Below, piece by piece: positions 34,501 to 46,745 of a stretch of DNA of 64,000 nt. Within the stretch, counting starts at the first letter, position 1. Each line of letters begins with the position of its first letter. Where the stretch lies: positions 3,423,101 to 3,487,100 of the forward strand of contig MU057202.1 in NCBI GenBank assembly GCA_013239625.1, read 5' to 3'. This stretch comes from Lama guanicoe (lineage: Eukaryota). Both the position numbers and the translations under genes were made by a program. The notes under the pieces are model-generated. The model was given only the letters and a program-made list of their open reading frames with translations, was not told the DNA's origin and made no database searches.

Positions 34501-37500
34501 ATAGAAACCAAGACAAAAGGAAAAAAAAAAAAAAAAGGCCCAACCGTGCCCTGGGGACACCGCCTACACAGCTCCCAGGGCCCGAAGCTGCCTGAGGCAG
34601 AGCAGTCAAGTCCTCTGGGGAGGGGGTGGAAGACCTGGAGCCCCCACAGGGTCCCGGGGGCGGTCAGCCGCAAGGCTGCGCCGGGGCAGCCCCAGAAGGG
34701 CACAGCTGGAGAGGTGGCACTGTGAAACCACCAGGGGGCAGCACTACGGCGTGCTCACCGGGGTGCTGCTGGACAGGGCTGTGGCCGGTGAGGTCGTGCA
34801 CGATGCAGTTGTCCTCGGGGTCCAGCCTCGTGGGCGGGGGCGCTGTGAGCTGCAGGGGTGAGCCGAGCCCAGTGAGCCCAGCCTGCAGGCAGGTGGGCGC
34901 TGGCCCCCCCTCAGCCCGGACGCCTCACCTGGGTGCCCCCCTCCTCCTGGGCAGCTGCAGCCCTGGCCTGGCCCTGGGGCCACTGGTCCACCTCGGTCAG
35001 CTCCACCTCCCGCTCCTCATTGCGCCCGGCCGCCTCCTGCCTCTGCAGAGAACAGGGGGAAGCTCAGCCCCCAGCCCCGGTCTGAAGGGGGCGGGACAGC
35101 AGAGGGCACTGGCCCGGGTGCTGACCTGGCCTGGCGGCTGGCGTGCACGGAGCTTCAGGAGCGAGGTCACGGTGTAGTAGAGCAGCAGCAGGATGCCGGG
35201 GCTCACGTAGACGGGCCAGTCGTGGCTGGTGTTGAGGACCAGCACATGGGGGCTGGAGCAGTTGGTGGGGGCCACAAAGTCCTTGAGACCGAACACCCTG
35301 CCCAGAGAAGGCACGTAAGTGACCACATCTGAGGTCATGGGGGCCAGGCAGGCAGGCAGGACCAGGGAGACGGTGGCGGGGCCTGTGCAGGCGAGCCCTC
35401 ACCTGGCCCAGATGCTGGCAGGCGGGAGCACGGCCTGGACGAGGGGCGTCTGGTAACAGTAGAGGCAGAGGAGATGGCCGGCACCGAAGCAGCCCACCAT
35501 GACGCAGAGTGCGCTGAAGCCCAGGGGGCTGATGGGGAAGTGGCAGGCCCACCAGGTGCAGAGGGCCAGGAAGACCAGGAAGTAGACACTGGAGAAGGCT
35601 GAGGGGTGGGCGATGCCTGCAGGGCCAGGCGGAGGTGCTCATCAGGGTCAGCCTGGCCAGGGCTGCCTGACCGCCGTCCCGCTGGTCAGTGGGGGGCTTG
35701 CAGGCTACGAAGACGCCTCCGGATGCAACAGCAGTGATGGGGCCCCGGCCCCGCCCAGTGGTACCTGCTAACGCGAGCAGCACGATGGCCAGGGTCCGCC
35801 CAGCGGCCACCAGCAGCCAGTGGGCTGTGATCCGGAACCGGGCAGCCAGCCAAGACCTCCGCTTGGAGGGCTGATCGGGGGCTTCCTGCAGCCCCCCCAT
35901 GGAGCTGGTGTCCATGTCCCTGCTGTCATCGTCCTGCTGAGGTCATGGGGAGGGCAGGGGTCAGGTACGTGGGGAGGGAGAAGGGCCACCTACCCCTCCA
36001 CTACACCAGCTGCTGACCCTCTGAGGTCCTGGGGCCAATGGCCCGAGTGTGGACACCCTCACACAGGTTCGCAGCCCTGGAGGCCTGCCTGGAGGCAGCC
36101 CACCGTAATCACAAGACACGCTCCTGACAAGTCCTTGTGCTGAGATGACTGACCCATGCAGGCCAGCCACAGCCTCTTCCAGAGCCCCTCGAGGGCCTTT
36201 ACCTCCCCACACGGACCTGGACCTGCGGGGACAGGGCAGGCCTCCTGCGTCGGTCCCCGGAGCCCCTGGCCTGGCATGGTTTGGTTCCTGAGGGCCCAGG
36301 TGGGGATTTTTAGAGAAAAGGAAAGCAGTGCACGCCCCTCTTTGCACTTGACTACAGTACAGAGCGCCTCTATACCCCTGCCCCTGGTCCCAAGGCACCA
36401 TCCTCACAAGTACACGGTGGATGCCCCTTCCCCCCCTGCCTGCAGGGTGAGGGCGGGGACAGACATCCACCAGGGCCTGTTTCCCCGGCCTGACTCAACA
36501 GTTTTCCAGAACAAAGCTGTTTCCTGGAATCAGGGAGAGCCAGGGCAAGGCACAAAATGGCACTGCATCAGATGCCTTAGGCCCCTATGTCCCATCTGTA
36601 AAGCGGGCACTAGGCTGGTGGGTGGCCGAGGTGGCCAAGGTGGCCCAAGGCATCCAGGCTGAGCGCAGGAGCTCAGGAGCCGGGCAACCTGGTCCCAGCC
36701 CACCTCCAAGTCTCCTGCTGTGCAAACTTAGCCAGCCACTTAACCTCTCTGTTTCCTGCCTGTCAAAAGCAGGCGGGGTGCTGGGAGGCCCCAGGGAGGC
36801 ATAGAGCCATGCCTGGAAGGAGGGGAGGGGCAGGACTCCAGGACCCAGGATATCAGAGCAGGTGGTCCAGGCTCCTGGGGTCAGAGAGGTACCCAGGGAT
36901 TCCCCACCGCATCCTGGAATGCAAGGGGTGGGGGGCCGGCTGCTGGAAGAGGCCGCAGCCAGGCCTGAGCTCACCCCCGCCCACAGCCTGGCCCCGGCCC
37001 TGGGAACGCTTCTGAGCAGCCTGTGGGAAGTGAGCGTCTCAGGGGAGAAGCAGGCAGCTGCTGGCTGGCAAGACAGGTGCTGGGGGCCGCCCGCCGCGCC
37101 CAGCCGGGCCAGGCCCGGCTCCAGCCACGATGCAGCACAGCCCACAGGCCGCACCTCACACCCAGCCCAACCGACCTCTCACAGCGGGCACGGACGTGTG
37201 CGTCAGGGTCAGGGCGTGTGCGGGCCCCTGGGCCCCTGCAGCTGGATATATGTGTGGCCCCACCAGGCGCTGCCGTGTGCAGAGGGGCACTGCGGCGGCT
37301 CCTGGCTCTGGCCTGTAGCTGGGCACCTGTGAGGGGCCCTGCTGCCTTGCTCAGAAATCTGTCTGCAGTGGCCGCCCCTCAGCCAGAACCCAGCCCCCGG
37401 GAGCCACCAGGGCAGCCCTGTGCTTTAAGGGGCAGTAGGCAGTGAGGAGAAGGGGGCAGACCTCCTCCCACCCCACCCCCGGGTTTGGGGAACAAGTCAG

Positions 37501-40500
37501 GCCCTCCCCAGCAGAGCTGTTCTACCGGTGAGGAAACCAGAGGTAGCCCTGGCCCATGTGCCCACTGGTGCCCCCAAGCCGTGCAGATGGACGGGGGCTG
37601 GCTGAGTCGGGGGTCGCCTCCAGGGCAGGCAGCAGGGCGGAGCCAGCTACCGCACAACTTCCAGGCCCCTGTACCCCATTCAGAAACGGGGGTGCCAGCT
37701 TACCCTGCAGGACTAGGGGGACTGAGCCTCCCCCTGACCTCTCCAGGGATAGAGGCCCCCATTTCCATAAGCATCGACCGCTGGACAAAGGGACCCTGGG
37801 GCTGCAGGCGTGGGCCTGCAGATCCCAGGCCCCCCCCTCCCCCGCAGGGAGCTCTTGTGCCAGGACCTTGGCAGGTCACAGCTCCCACCCAGCCCTGGAG
37901 ACAGGGTCCTACTGCACTGAGGCTGAAGCCAAATATGGGGGACCCAGATCAGGCTGGAAATCACAGCCCTCGTGCAGGGACAGGAGGGCACTGAGCCTTC
38001 AACCTCAGACGACAACAAGGGAAGACCCCAGGGTGGGACCCTCCGGGGACTCTGATTCAGGGCCCTGCTTTATGCCTCCGGGCCTGGACAGTCACAGCCT
38101 TGTCCACAAGCCCACAGGTGCCCATCCCCTGCTGTGGGCGTGGCTTCTCAAACACCTGTCTGTCCATTCATCTGTTTATCTGTCCCTAAGTGCTCTCTGA
38201 CACAGGCCCAGACCGTCGACCAGCACCACTGATTCCCTACTGTCCTGCGGCCCTGAAGAGTCTCCTCTGGGAACAGTCCCTAAGGCACAGACGTGGCCTG
38301 GGTCCCTGTGTGTGCGAGGGACATGCTACATTCCAGCACCCCTGCCCCTGCCCCTGCCCCGGGATGGGCTCTCCCCTCATGACGGGCACAGACTCTTGCA
38401 ACTAAAACATCTGGATTTGTCAAGAAAAAGACCCTCACCAGCTCCAGGGAGTGCTGGCTCTGCCCGGCCGTCCGCGCGAGGCGCCTGCAGAGGCCGAGGC
38501 ACAGCGAGGAGACCACCAGGATGCCCAGGTCGGGGGCCACCAGGCGGACGGCGTTGGGGATGTCCTTCAGGTCCAGCCTGGGAAGGGCAGGGAGAGCCCG
38601 TGGGTCAGCTCAGGCGGGTGGGCGCCGGTGGGGGGCCCCACTCGGGTCTGGGAAGCCTGAGGGAGTCTGGGGTCTCTTACCTCGTGACCCCAATGTGGCG
38701 GGAGATGTTGTCCCAGGTGCTGCCTGCAGAGAGGCCCAGGGGGGCTGGGTCAGGTGGGGGGGACTGAGAAACCGCCCCCCCTTGTCACCAGGAGGCCCTC
38801 GGGAGCCCCAAGACTTCGGGGATCCTCAAAATCACACCTATACTGGGAGGGAAACTGAGGCCCAGGCAGGGAAGGCCAGGTGGATCCAAGGCCCCTTAGT
38901 TCTGCCCAGCAGCACAGGTTTCACAGCCTAGCTGGGTGGCCATGATGGGGCCAGAAGCGGCCTGGGAGGCTCAGCCCAGCTCCCAGACCCATCGGTCAAG
39001 ACCAGTTGCTTTTTGGGCCCAGGACCAGGGGGCCCTCGAGTCACCTGCAGGGAAAGCACCACCATCACAGAATCAAAACGGGAAGCTGGGCGGAGCACCC
39101 TGCCCACCACGAGCCAGGCAGGGCCTGGAGGTGGGAGGCCCCACGACGGGGTGGGGATGGGAGTCCAGGGTCCCCACACCTGAAGATCGGGGCGCTGGTG
39201 TCAGTGGGGGTGGGGGGGCTCGGTGCCAGCTGAAGTCTCCATCCATGGGGGAAAGGGTGTGAAGGGTGTCGGGTGCGCAGGGCACCGCGGGCTGCTGGTG
39301 CCACCCTGCCTAGAGGCTAAGGCCCAGCAGGCACAGGAGGAAGATGTGACAGAGCCATGGGAAGACCGGGGCTGCCCTGTGAACTGGCCTCTGGGCTCCG
39401 GGATTAGCTTTGTGCCGGTGCTCAGCCCAGGCCCACGGCCACCCATTGCTGGGCCACAGGCCACCTCAGTGGGACAGAAATCACAGTGGTTCACGCTGGG
39501 GAACCCCTGGGTGAGGCAGGGCAGCCCATGAAGCTGAGGTGACCTCCCCCAGAGAACGGGAGAACCCCCTGCCCTGACCTCCATTTGCTCAGGAAGGCCA
39601 CAGCTCTCCCCCAGGCCTGCTGCCCCCCAGCACCCCGACCCTGGCCCCTTGGTGACTCACAGCTAGGCCCCAGAAGCTGGTCCAGGCGTGGAACGGTGTG
39701 CAGGCATATCTGGAAGGTGAGGTGGGCTGCCAGGAAGAGGAGGCTGAAGCCCAGCAGGGCTTGGAGGAGGCGGCCGGTGTGACCTGCAGGCAGAGAAGGC
39801 AGGAGTGAGGCCGGCACGCAGCTGGACCTGAAGGCAGATGGGGAGGGGGCAGACCCGCCAACAGTCCTGGGCCAGGCTGTGTCCACCAGCCCAAGACACG
39901 CACCCAGCACAGCGCCAGGTCCTGGGGGGCTGTCAGCAGTGAGCTCATGCAGTGCACCCCCCGACACCATCCACTGACCATGCACAGCAGCCCCACGGGC
40001 TGGTGCTATCTCCACCACAATTCACAGACTGGAAAATGTGCACAGAGAGGTAAAGTGACCTGACTACCGTCACACAGCAGAGAATCAGTGCTTGCCTGCA
40101 CTGGGATCTTGCCCCTGCCTGGGGTGGAGGCTGGCAGCGGGGCAGAGCCAGCACAGGAAGGAAAGGGCTCCCCAGGCTAGGGGGCCACCTCCAGATCTGT
40201 TCATGTACCCAGCAAGCACATGCTGCTGCTCAGCCCTGGTAGAAGGCACTGCCTCACCCTCAGCGTGGGCTGGAACCACGCACCGCAATCAGTGGGTGTG
40301 TGGGGGTTCCTGACTCTTCAAGGGGTAAGCCTCCGTCTCCTGGTGGGGTATTGGGAGGCTAACGGCTTCCAACGCATCCATGGAATGAGTCCCTGCAGAA
40401 ATGTCGGCCCAGCACCCTGTGCCAGGTGCATCCAAGCACCTCACAGGCCACATTCCGTCCATCCTCAAGCCCCACCACCTGTCAGGCCCCCCTCGTGCAG

Positions 40501-43500
40501 GGAGAAGCTGTCTGGAGCCCAGGAGCGGCAGTACTGGCAGGGCAGCCCACACAAGCACCCTCTCTGCACCTCATGCCTGGAGGGACGTGGTGGCCGTAAC
40601 TGGGCCTGGACCCTGCTCCCCAGGCTGCGGGACTCAGCCCATCGGGCAGGGGTGTGGGCTTCAGGGAAAGTGGGGCAACGGTGCCTGTGCTCAGAGAGGA
40701 CCCAGGGACCCGGGTCACTGCTGCTCTGTGGGCAGGCGGCAGCTCACAGCCCGTACGTGGCTGGGACCAGAAACCTCCATTCACTGTCGGATTCCCACAC
40801 ACTGACTGAGCCCCAAATCCTGGGTCCAGGGTCTGGCTGCGGGCAGCTCCCTCCCACGGCTCCCTCCCACGTCCCCAGACCCGCTGCTGGATGATTTACT
40901 GCTGAGAACCTGCAGGCCAGCCCGGTCAGTCCCTCCCTTGATGTCCCGGAGCTCGGGGACAGATGGGGTCACCAACAAGCCAGCTCTCTTCCTCCCGCCC
41001 AGAGGCTGCAAACCAGGGCCTACGTCCGCTGCGCTCACCGTGTCTGAAGGCAGCCGGTATTTGCTGAATGAACAGACTCAGAAGTGGCCCACCCCTGGGG
41101 CTGGCCTGGCAGGTGACACTCCTGCCGTGATGGGCGCCTCGTCCATGCGAGGACCCACAGGTCAGGAGAAGGACACCCTCACCTGGCTCCTGACTGACCG
41201 CCTCCCCGTCCAGCGCCTCGCGGACATCTGTCTGTCTGGCAGAGGTGTCAGATGTAACTCCTTTCCCACGGTTCCCCCTCCCCAGTCCACTTCTCAGAAT
41301 GACCACAAGGGGGCCTGGACCACGAGCCAGCACAGAGCCAAAGGGACAGAGCCCTGGCCATGCAGCCGTGGCTCTGCCCATCTGGGGCTGAATCACCCAG
41401 AGCGGGGAGAGGCAGAGAGGGGTCCGAGAGGCACCAGAGACGAGACCCTGTGCCCGGGGCAAGGCCGCACTGACCAGAGGTGGGGTGAGGGACAAACGGA
41501 GGCTGAGGCTGGCGTCCTGACCTCACCCTCTTCTCCGGGGGTGGCCGTGGGACCCCATCTGCCCACCAGTGCCTCCAGTGTCCGTCTCTAATAGGTCCCC
41601 GAGCCTGAGCTCCCAGTGCCTCTTTAAGGGGTGCTGGCATCTGGACCTCACAGGTCAGTTTCCTGCCTCTCCTGCCAGGCTGACGCCCAGCAAGCGGGGC
41701 CTGGACTGACCCATCAAAGGCAAGCCTTGCCTGGCATGCAGTCACACCGCTAGGCAAGCCAGACACTCTCCTGCCTCACTGAGCTCAGCCTCAGACCCTG
41801 TGAGGCAGTCCTACCCTGTGAATTCACACAGTGGATGGAGGGACAGATGGCTGGCTGCAGGGACGGGTGAGGCCAGAGGGCAGCTCTGACTTGAGAGAGG
41901 GGAGGGGGGTTCAGGCTGCCATGGGGCCCCTGAATTGTCTGGGAGGGATAAAGCGGGTGGCAAGTGACCACTAGAGCCCACCTCTGTGGGCGCCAAGGTT
42001 CGGCCCCAGTGGTGGAAGGAGTGGGTGTCACTGGTGGTGGTGCAGGGCCTCTGCGGCGGGGGCGCTGGACCACCCACTGCAGCTGTGGGAAGGGGCTGCC
42101 TGCCTGTCCTTGGACCTGGTCCCTCACCAGGACAGGAGAAGCCCGCACGGCACGGGGCACACCGTGGAAGGACAAGGCCCCGCCCCCATGGGCAGGTGAC
42201 CCCCACCATGTCCATGCTTGAGTCCCTAAGTTAATAAGGCCACCGGGACAGGACTGAGGGTCTGCCTGCAGCTTCTGCTGTGCCGCTGCCCAGCCCTGCA
42301 CAGGGCATGTGGCCCTGGCCCGCCGCCCCCTTGCCCGCTAAGCAATGGAGCAGGAGCTTTCCCGAGGACACGATGAGGTGGACACCTCTGGACCCCACTC
42401 CGCCTGCACAGGGAGCTGGGGTCAGGCGGAAGCCCATACGGGGACGGGGCCAGGAGTCAGTGCCCGGGGGCCCTGGGCAGCCTCAGACCTTCCACCAGGG
42501 GCCGGTGCCACGGCCCAGCTGCTGCGCAAGATAGATGGGCGGCCAAGTGCGCAGGGACCAGCAGGCAGGCCTCACATGTTCCTCTCTCCCACCCGGAAAA
42601 ACCGGCAGCCTCCCAGTTCCTGAAGGGCCTCTGAGGCTGGACAGATGGACGATGGACGGGGGAGGTCAGGCCGGCAAGCCACTCCCGGCGCCACCTCCGC
42701 TGCTCCCTAACCCTGCCCCGCTCTGGACTCGGGCCCTGGCCAGGGGCCTGTCCTCCCGCTGCCAGTTAGAGGGAAGTGCCCCCGGTGCTGCAGAGCGTGA
42801 AATATCGACGGGACAAGCAGCTCTTGCCGAGGGCCTGGGAACCGGCTCCGAGGCCTGGGCGACAGGCTGTGCCCAGCAGCCGCCCCCCGCTGGCCTGAGC
42901 TGGGCGTCAGGGGACAGCTGCGGCAGCTGGCTGGGGGGGTCTGGCCCGGGGCCCCGGTGGCTCCCAGCTCTGCGCCTGCGCTGCGGCCCCTCCCCTCCCT
43001 CTGCCCCCTGACCCCTACCTGCACTCCAAGGTCAGGGCCATGCACCAGGGCCCCTAGCGAGGAAGGGGCTGGTGGGGGTTACCGCCACATGTCACAGGCC
43101 AACCCTGTGGGAGGCAGAATGACACCCCCACCCCCAGAGACGTCAACCCTGGGGCCTGGGGACATTTCCTCACACAGCAAAGGGGGCTCCAGGCCGCCAA
43201 CCAGCTGACTTAGAACAGGGCGCGGAGCCTGGATCCCCAGGCAGGCCCAGTGTCACCCCAGGGTCCCAACAGTGGGGGGGGCAGGAGGGCAGAGTCAGAG
43301 TGACGGGGTGACACCTGACTGGCCACAGCCGCCCTGGGCGATGGAGGAAGGGGCCACAAGCCCAGAAGCCGGAAAAGACGAGGAAACGACTCTCAACGAC
43401 TCTCCCCTGGAGCCTCCAGGAGGGACCGGACTGTGACACCTGGGCTTCCGCCCGTGAGGCCCAGCTGGACTCCGACCTCCCGACTGAGAGGGTGAGGGTG

Positions 43501-44830
43501 TCATTGTGGCCACTCACTGTAGGGACTGTCCCGGCAGCGACAGGACACGCAGACACTCCCGAGGCCGCAGAGCAGCCAGTCTGCCGTGCCGGTACGTCCC
43601 AGGGGCAGCATGCGCGGGCCTTGGCCAAACCCTCGGCCTGCTGGGCTGCTGTCCCACTGCCCCTGCTGGGCACGGGGGTCCTGCTGCCCATACCCTGCTT
43701 CCTGGGCGCCTCCCTTCAGCCTCCGCAACCCGACAGCCTTCCCCCCGACCCATGGAGGCCAGAGCTGCCTTCAGGGACGAGTCCCCAGGTACCGGACCTC
43801 ACTGAAAGCTGGGATAAAAACAGACACTGAGAAGGGGGAGGACAGAGCTCAGTGGTGGAATGCATGCGTGCTTAGGTAGCACGAGGTCCTGGGTTCAATC
43901 CCCAGGACCTCCTCTAGAAAAAGTTAAGTAAACTTAATTACCCCCCCCCAAGAAAATAGTAAAGTAACATAAAATAAAAAATAAAATAAAACAAGACACT
44001 GAAACACCCAAAGACCCCTGAGAGCGGCTGGCGGGAGCCCTGAGTGGAGGGCCCCTTCCACTGTGCCCCTGTGCCAGCTGCCTGCATCTCCCATCACAGG
44101 GACCTGCCTGCGCTCTGCAGGGGCCGCCTATGCGGGGACCCTGAGGACAGGCAAAGCCTCTCTGCTCCTGACTCCCCTCCAACGAGCCTGTGCTGGGCCC
44201 CCCCCCGGTCCAGACCCCCTGGGGGCACAGCCACCCTAATGGGGTTCCCACCCCGTCTGTCTGGTGGACACTGCCGTGGGCCCAGCTACCCAGATGGCTG
44301 GAGAGAAGGTGAGGCCCCGCAAAGCACTGGGCGAACTCACATGGGACCTGAGCCCACGGCAGGGCAGGGCGGCCCACACGGTGGGGCACAGGGCTGGGGT
44401 TGGGGTGGGGGACGGGGAAGGGAGCCGGCAGGAAGACGGCCCAGCCCACAGCGCCGGGGCCTGAGCCTCCCCATGGGGACCCCAGGGACATCCTTCAGCA
44501 TGGCCCCATGACATATGCTCAGAAAAGATTCTGAAACCAGCCAAGGGTCCATCGCGGAAAATGGATCTCAGGACCACTCATCCTTCACCTGCAGCTCTTC
44601 AACCACAAAGAAAGCCCATCCCACCGACGTGTCAGCCGGAGCACCCAACGCTCCCTCCCCTGGGAACCTGGACGAAGAGTACCCAGACCCTGAGTCCCCC
44701 GGCCCCGGGCCGGGGCCCTGTCCACCTTCCTTACCTCGGATGCTGTGTCGGGAGGGGCCCGGGAACCAGGGCAGCAGCAGCAGGACCAGCAGGTAGACCA
44801 GTGAGAGCACGTTGAAGCGGAACAGGCAGG
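16506..44830 (-). CDS. PIEZO1: Piezo-type mechanosensitive ion channel component 1, exons 2-51 (5'-partial; exon 1 outside window)
   Basis: Exons (minus): 44830-44735, 39783-39661, 38723-38681, 38577-38439, 35933-35765, 35616-35403, 35297-35126, 35042-34929, 34849-34759, 34134-34034, 33713-33453, 32785-32674, 32591-32413, 32310-32162, 32085-31903, 31547-31438, 31348-31194, 31041-30865, 30321-30196, 30106-29906, 29479-29275, 26304-26200, 25642-25489, 25267-25024, 24956-24860, 24780-24609, 24192-24103, 24031-23937, 23655-23584, 22993-22893, 22586-22505, 22435-22379, 22300-22128, 22042-21960, 21791-21597, 21514-21256, 21187-20999, 20689-20437, 20274-20145, 20062-19915, 19826-19612, 19520-19362, 19283-19136, 18129-17941, 17820-17728, 17640-17468, 17390-17268, 17193-17114, 17027-16838, 16755-16506. 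Total 7439 nt, phases consistent. Contains the [12 protein letters not shown] (PFEW) signature, the KKKK motif and the C-terminus [19 protein letters not shown]. Confidence 0.97.
17194..17267 (-). ncRNA. Candidate mirtron hairpin (PIEZO1 intron 48)
   Basis: 74-nt intron. Nucleotides 5-27 pair with the 23 nt before the terminal AG at 20 of 23 positions (6 G-U) by manual folding. The position corresponds to human MIR4722 as recalled. Confidence 0.3.
18300..18990 (+). mobile_element. Degraded ancient L1 (L1M-type) fragments in PIEZO1 intron 44
   Basis: acctcaacagacacttctcc and caatggaaagctactcagctgtgaagag...aaacagtcaccaaaggccac resemble L1M ORF2-end and 3'UTR consensus as remembered. Boundaries approximate. 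Confidence 0.55.
20820..20980. repeat. Imperfect (TG/CA)n-rich simple repeat, PIEZO1 intron 38
   Basis: Alternating purine-pyrimidine tract gtgtgtgtatatgcatatgttgtgtgtgagtg... Confidence 0.8.
25770..25990. repeat. Low-complexity CA/TG-rich tract, PIEZO1 intron 23
   Basis: Repeated gcacac, cacgtgt and tgtgca words. Confidence 0.55.
26440..28030 (+). mobile_element. Degraded L1M-type fragments in PIEZO1 intron 22
   Basis: ctgacagaatggctaaaataaaa (~26586) and aggaaactgggtgaagagtttcggagctctgttctgcttctgtaactatctgtaagtcta (~27947-28005) resemble L1M 3' consensus. Boundaries approximate. Confidence 0.55.
28427..28500 (+). mobile_element. Degenerate copy of the tRNA-derived SINE
   Basis: tggcagagcgcgtgcttagcaggcatgaggtcctgggttcatcccccagctcctcc is homologous to the copies at 11725 and 43831. 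Confidence 0.75.
31850..32760. promoter_or_regulatory. Intragenic CpG-rich island over PIEZO1 exons 13-16
   Basis: High CpG density also in the introns (gcgcggggcgcgggcgc, gccccgccccgccgccccgccccgccccgcccc). Boundaries approximate. Confidence 0.6.
32915..33085. repeat. Imperfect CA-rich simple repeat, PIEZO1 intron 12
   Basis: acacacacgcacacaggctcacgtgcaagcacacacgc... Confidence 0.65.
40020..40110 (+). mobile_element. MIR-like SINE fragment
   Basis: cacagactggaaaatgtgcacagagaggtaaagtgacctgactaccgtcacacagc resembles the MIR core. Similar fragments occur near 36720, 38850, 47160, 48870, 56700 and 59790. Confidence 0.55.
43831..43990 (+). mobile_element. Full-length tRNA-derived SINE (camelid-like) with A-rich tail and target-site duplication
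   Basis: GGGGGAGGACAGAGCTCAGTGGTGG...ACGAGGTCCTGGGTTCAATCCCCAGGACCTCC, then aaacttaattacccccccc and a (taaaa)n tail. Flanked by aaaaacagacactga (43816-43830) and aaaacaagacactga (43988-44002). Confidence 0.9.
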
Positions 44831-46049
44831 CTGCGGGGAGACGGGAGCCACGGTCAGCACAGCCACCACGGCCGCACGGCAGGGGCAGCCCGCCCCCGGG
44901 CGCCCCCTGAATACCACCCCCCGAATACCTCTGCCAGAGGTGCTGTGCTCATGACCCCCGCGAGGCTGCCCGCCGCCCTGCACGGGGGAGCGACCTCACT
45001 CAGCACGGGACGTGCCACCTGCCACTCGGGGCAGCCTCACTGTCACCCGCGTCTGACAAGTGGGCTCTAGTGTCTGCCCATGTCTGGGGACCCGCCCGCG
45101 GGGCTCACCCCTCTGGGGGCCGACCCCGAGAGTGGACTGTTCTGACTCGCTCTTTTCTCCTTCGTAAGACTTTACGTCTTCAGTCACCGCAGCACAGCTG
45201 ACTTCGGGGCCCAGCTCTCCGAGCCTCCTCCCTCTTCTGCCTCCCGGACGCTCAGGTGCGCCCTTCCCAGCAGCCCCGCCCAGCACTGCACTCACTCGGG
45301 CCACAGCGGGGCCCCCAGAACGTCCCATGGGGGACCGCGTGGCACGGAGACCTGGAGTCACGCCCATGCCTAGCTCCCACCTTCCCTCTTAAAGGCTCAA
45401 CAACGTGTCCCCAAGTCTCACACTGCAGACACTATCCTGAGGAAGGGCAGAGGGGACGGGACCTCGCCCACCCCCCGGGAACTGAGGTGGTCAGGGGGTG
45501 CCGGGGCAAGTCTCATCACTGGGGAGCTGGACCACTCAGCCTCTCCTGGGGGCCTGAGGAGGGTGGCGGTGTGTGGGCCCTGCCCGCTCCGCTCCAGCAG
45601 AGGGCCCAGGGGACCGGGCCCTGCCTGCCCGGGCCAGGACAGAGCAGACGGCCGCAGGCGCTGGTGCGCACCACGGACCCAGCGCCTCCTGAACGGCCCA
45701 CCTCCCAGCTGGATCGTCGTGACCGAGCAGAGGGGCGGCTATCCCACCTCCGCTCTGCCCCTCAGACCCCATCCGTGGACCATGAGCCCGGCAAGGGCCA
45801 GATCTCTGCTTAGCAGCCGTCTAGACGGCCAGGGCCACAGCAAGCTGCCCTGAACCCGGCCATGTCCTTGGTCATACAGACCACCCCTCCCCGGGCAGGT
45901 GGCAGGGCCTGTCCCATGCCCCCCACCAGCAACCCAGCAATGAGGGAACCACTGGCCGGCACTGGGGCCCCGAGACAGACTCGGAAGCACCCTGAGCTCT
46001 GGTCCGGCTGCCTGCCCTTCTGGACATCGCCAGGCCTCCTGCTCCCTGA

Positions 46050-46745
46050 GCACCCCTAAAGCTAGGACGTACATTGACCATAGAGATCGGCTCAACTAGA
46101 AATCTAAAGCTTTCAGTAATTAAACATTTCCACAGAAACAACAAAAAAGTCCATCTGATATGGCCCAAGAGGCAGCAGGGAAGTGCACTTACAGCAAAGG
46201 CTTCCGAAGTTGCCTTCTGCTACCCAGAGCTGCACCTCTCAGCCCACCGGGCCCTGCTTCCCTCCCCGCAGCGCCAGCCCCAGCCTCGTCCCCAGGGAGG
46301 GGGACCAGCCTGGTGAGAACTCCTCCAGCCAGGACACCCACCCAAGTAACTTTCTCCTGCACCGATCCTGCAGGACTCTGCCCCGTGGTACTCTTGTCCT
46401 GATCTGCCAGGGACACCAAACACTGAACAATCAGACGTGCACCAGGGATGGTGTTCAGAAGGGGGGGCCTCCCGGAGGCAGACGTGCAGCTTCAGAGGAG
46501 AAGGGACAGCCGAGGCCCCACCGTGTCTGCTGGCTCCCACCTGGCTCTGTAAGCAGACCCTGCCCCGGACGGGCACGCAGGGCCAGTGCTTAAGGGACGA
46601 GGGCTTCCGTTCAGGAGGAGTTCCAGACGCACACGGAGGGGATGGCTGCACGATACTGAGGGTGTGCTTAATGCCACTGAACCGGACACTTAAACGTGGT
46701 TAAGACGGTGAATTTTCTTACATGAATTTTACCAAAACAAAAAGG
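46050..46745 (+). mobile_element. L1M-type fragments ending in a recognisable L1 3' terminus
   Basis: gatggctgcacgatactgagggtgtgcttaatgccactgaaccggacacttaaacgtggttaagacggtgaattttc...aattttaccaaaacaaaaa (46641-46743) resembles the L1MB/L1MA 3' end. Confidence 0.65.

Noticed and set aside
43831-43915. tRNA gene (also the copies at 11725 and 28427)
   Set aside because: A-box and B-box are present, but the A-rich tail, target-site duplications and copy divergence indicate SINEs.
16506-44830. Pseudogenisation, missing exons or non-canonical introns in PIEZO1
   Set aside because: All 50 exons were located with GT-AG boundaries and consistent phase, and no frameshift or premature stop was seen.
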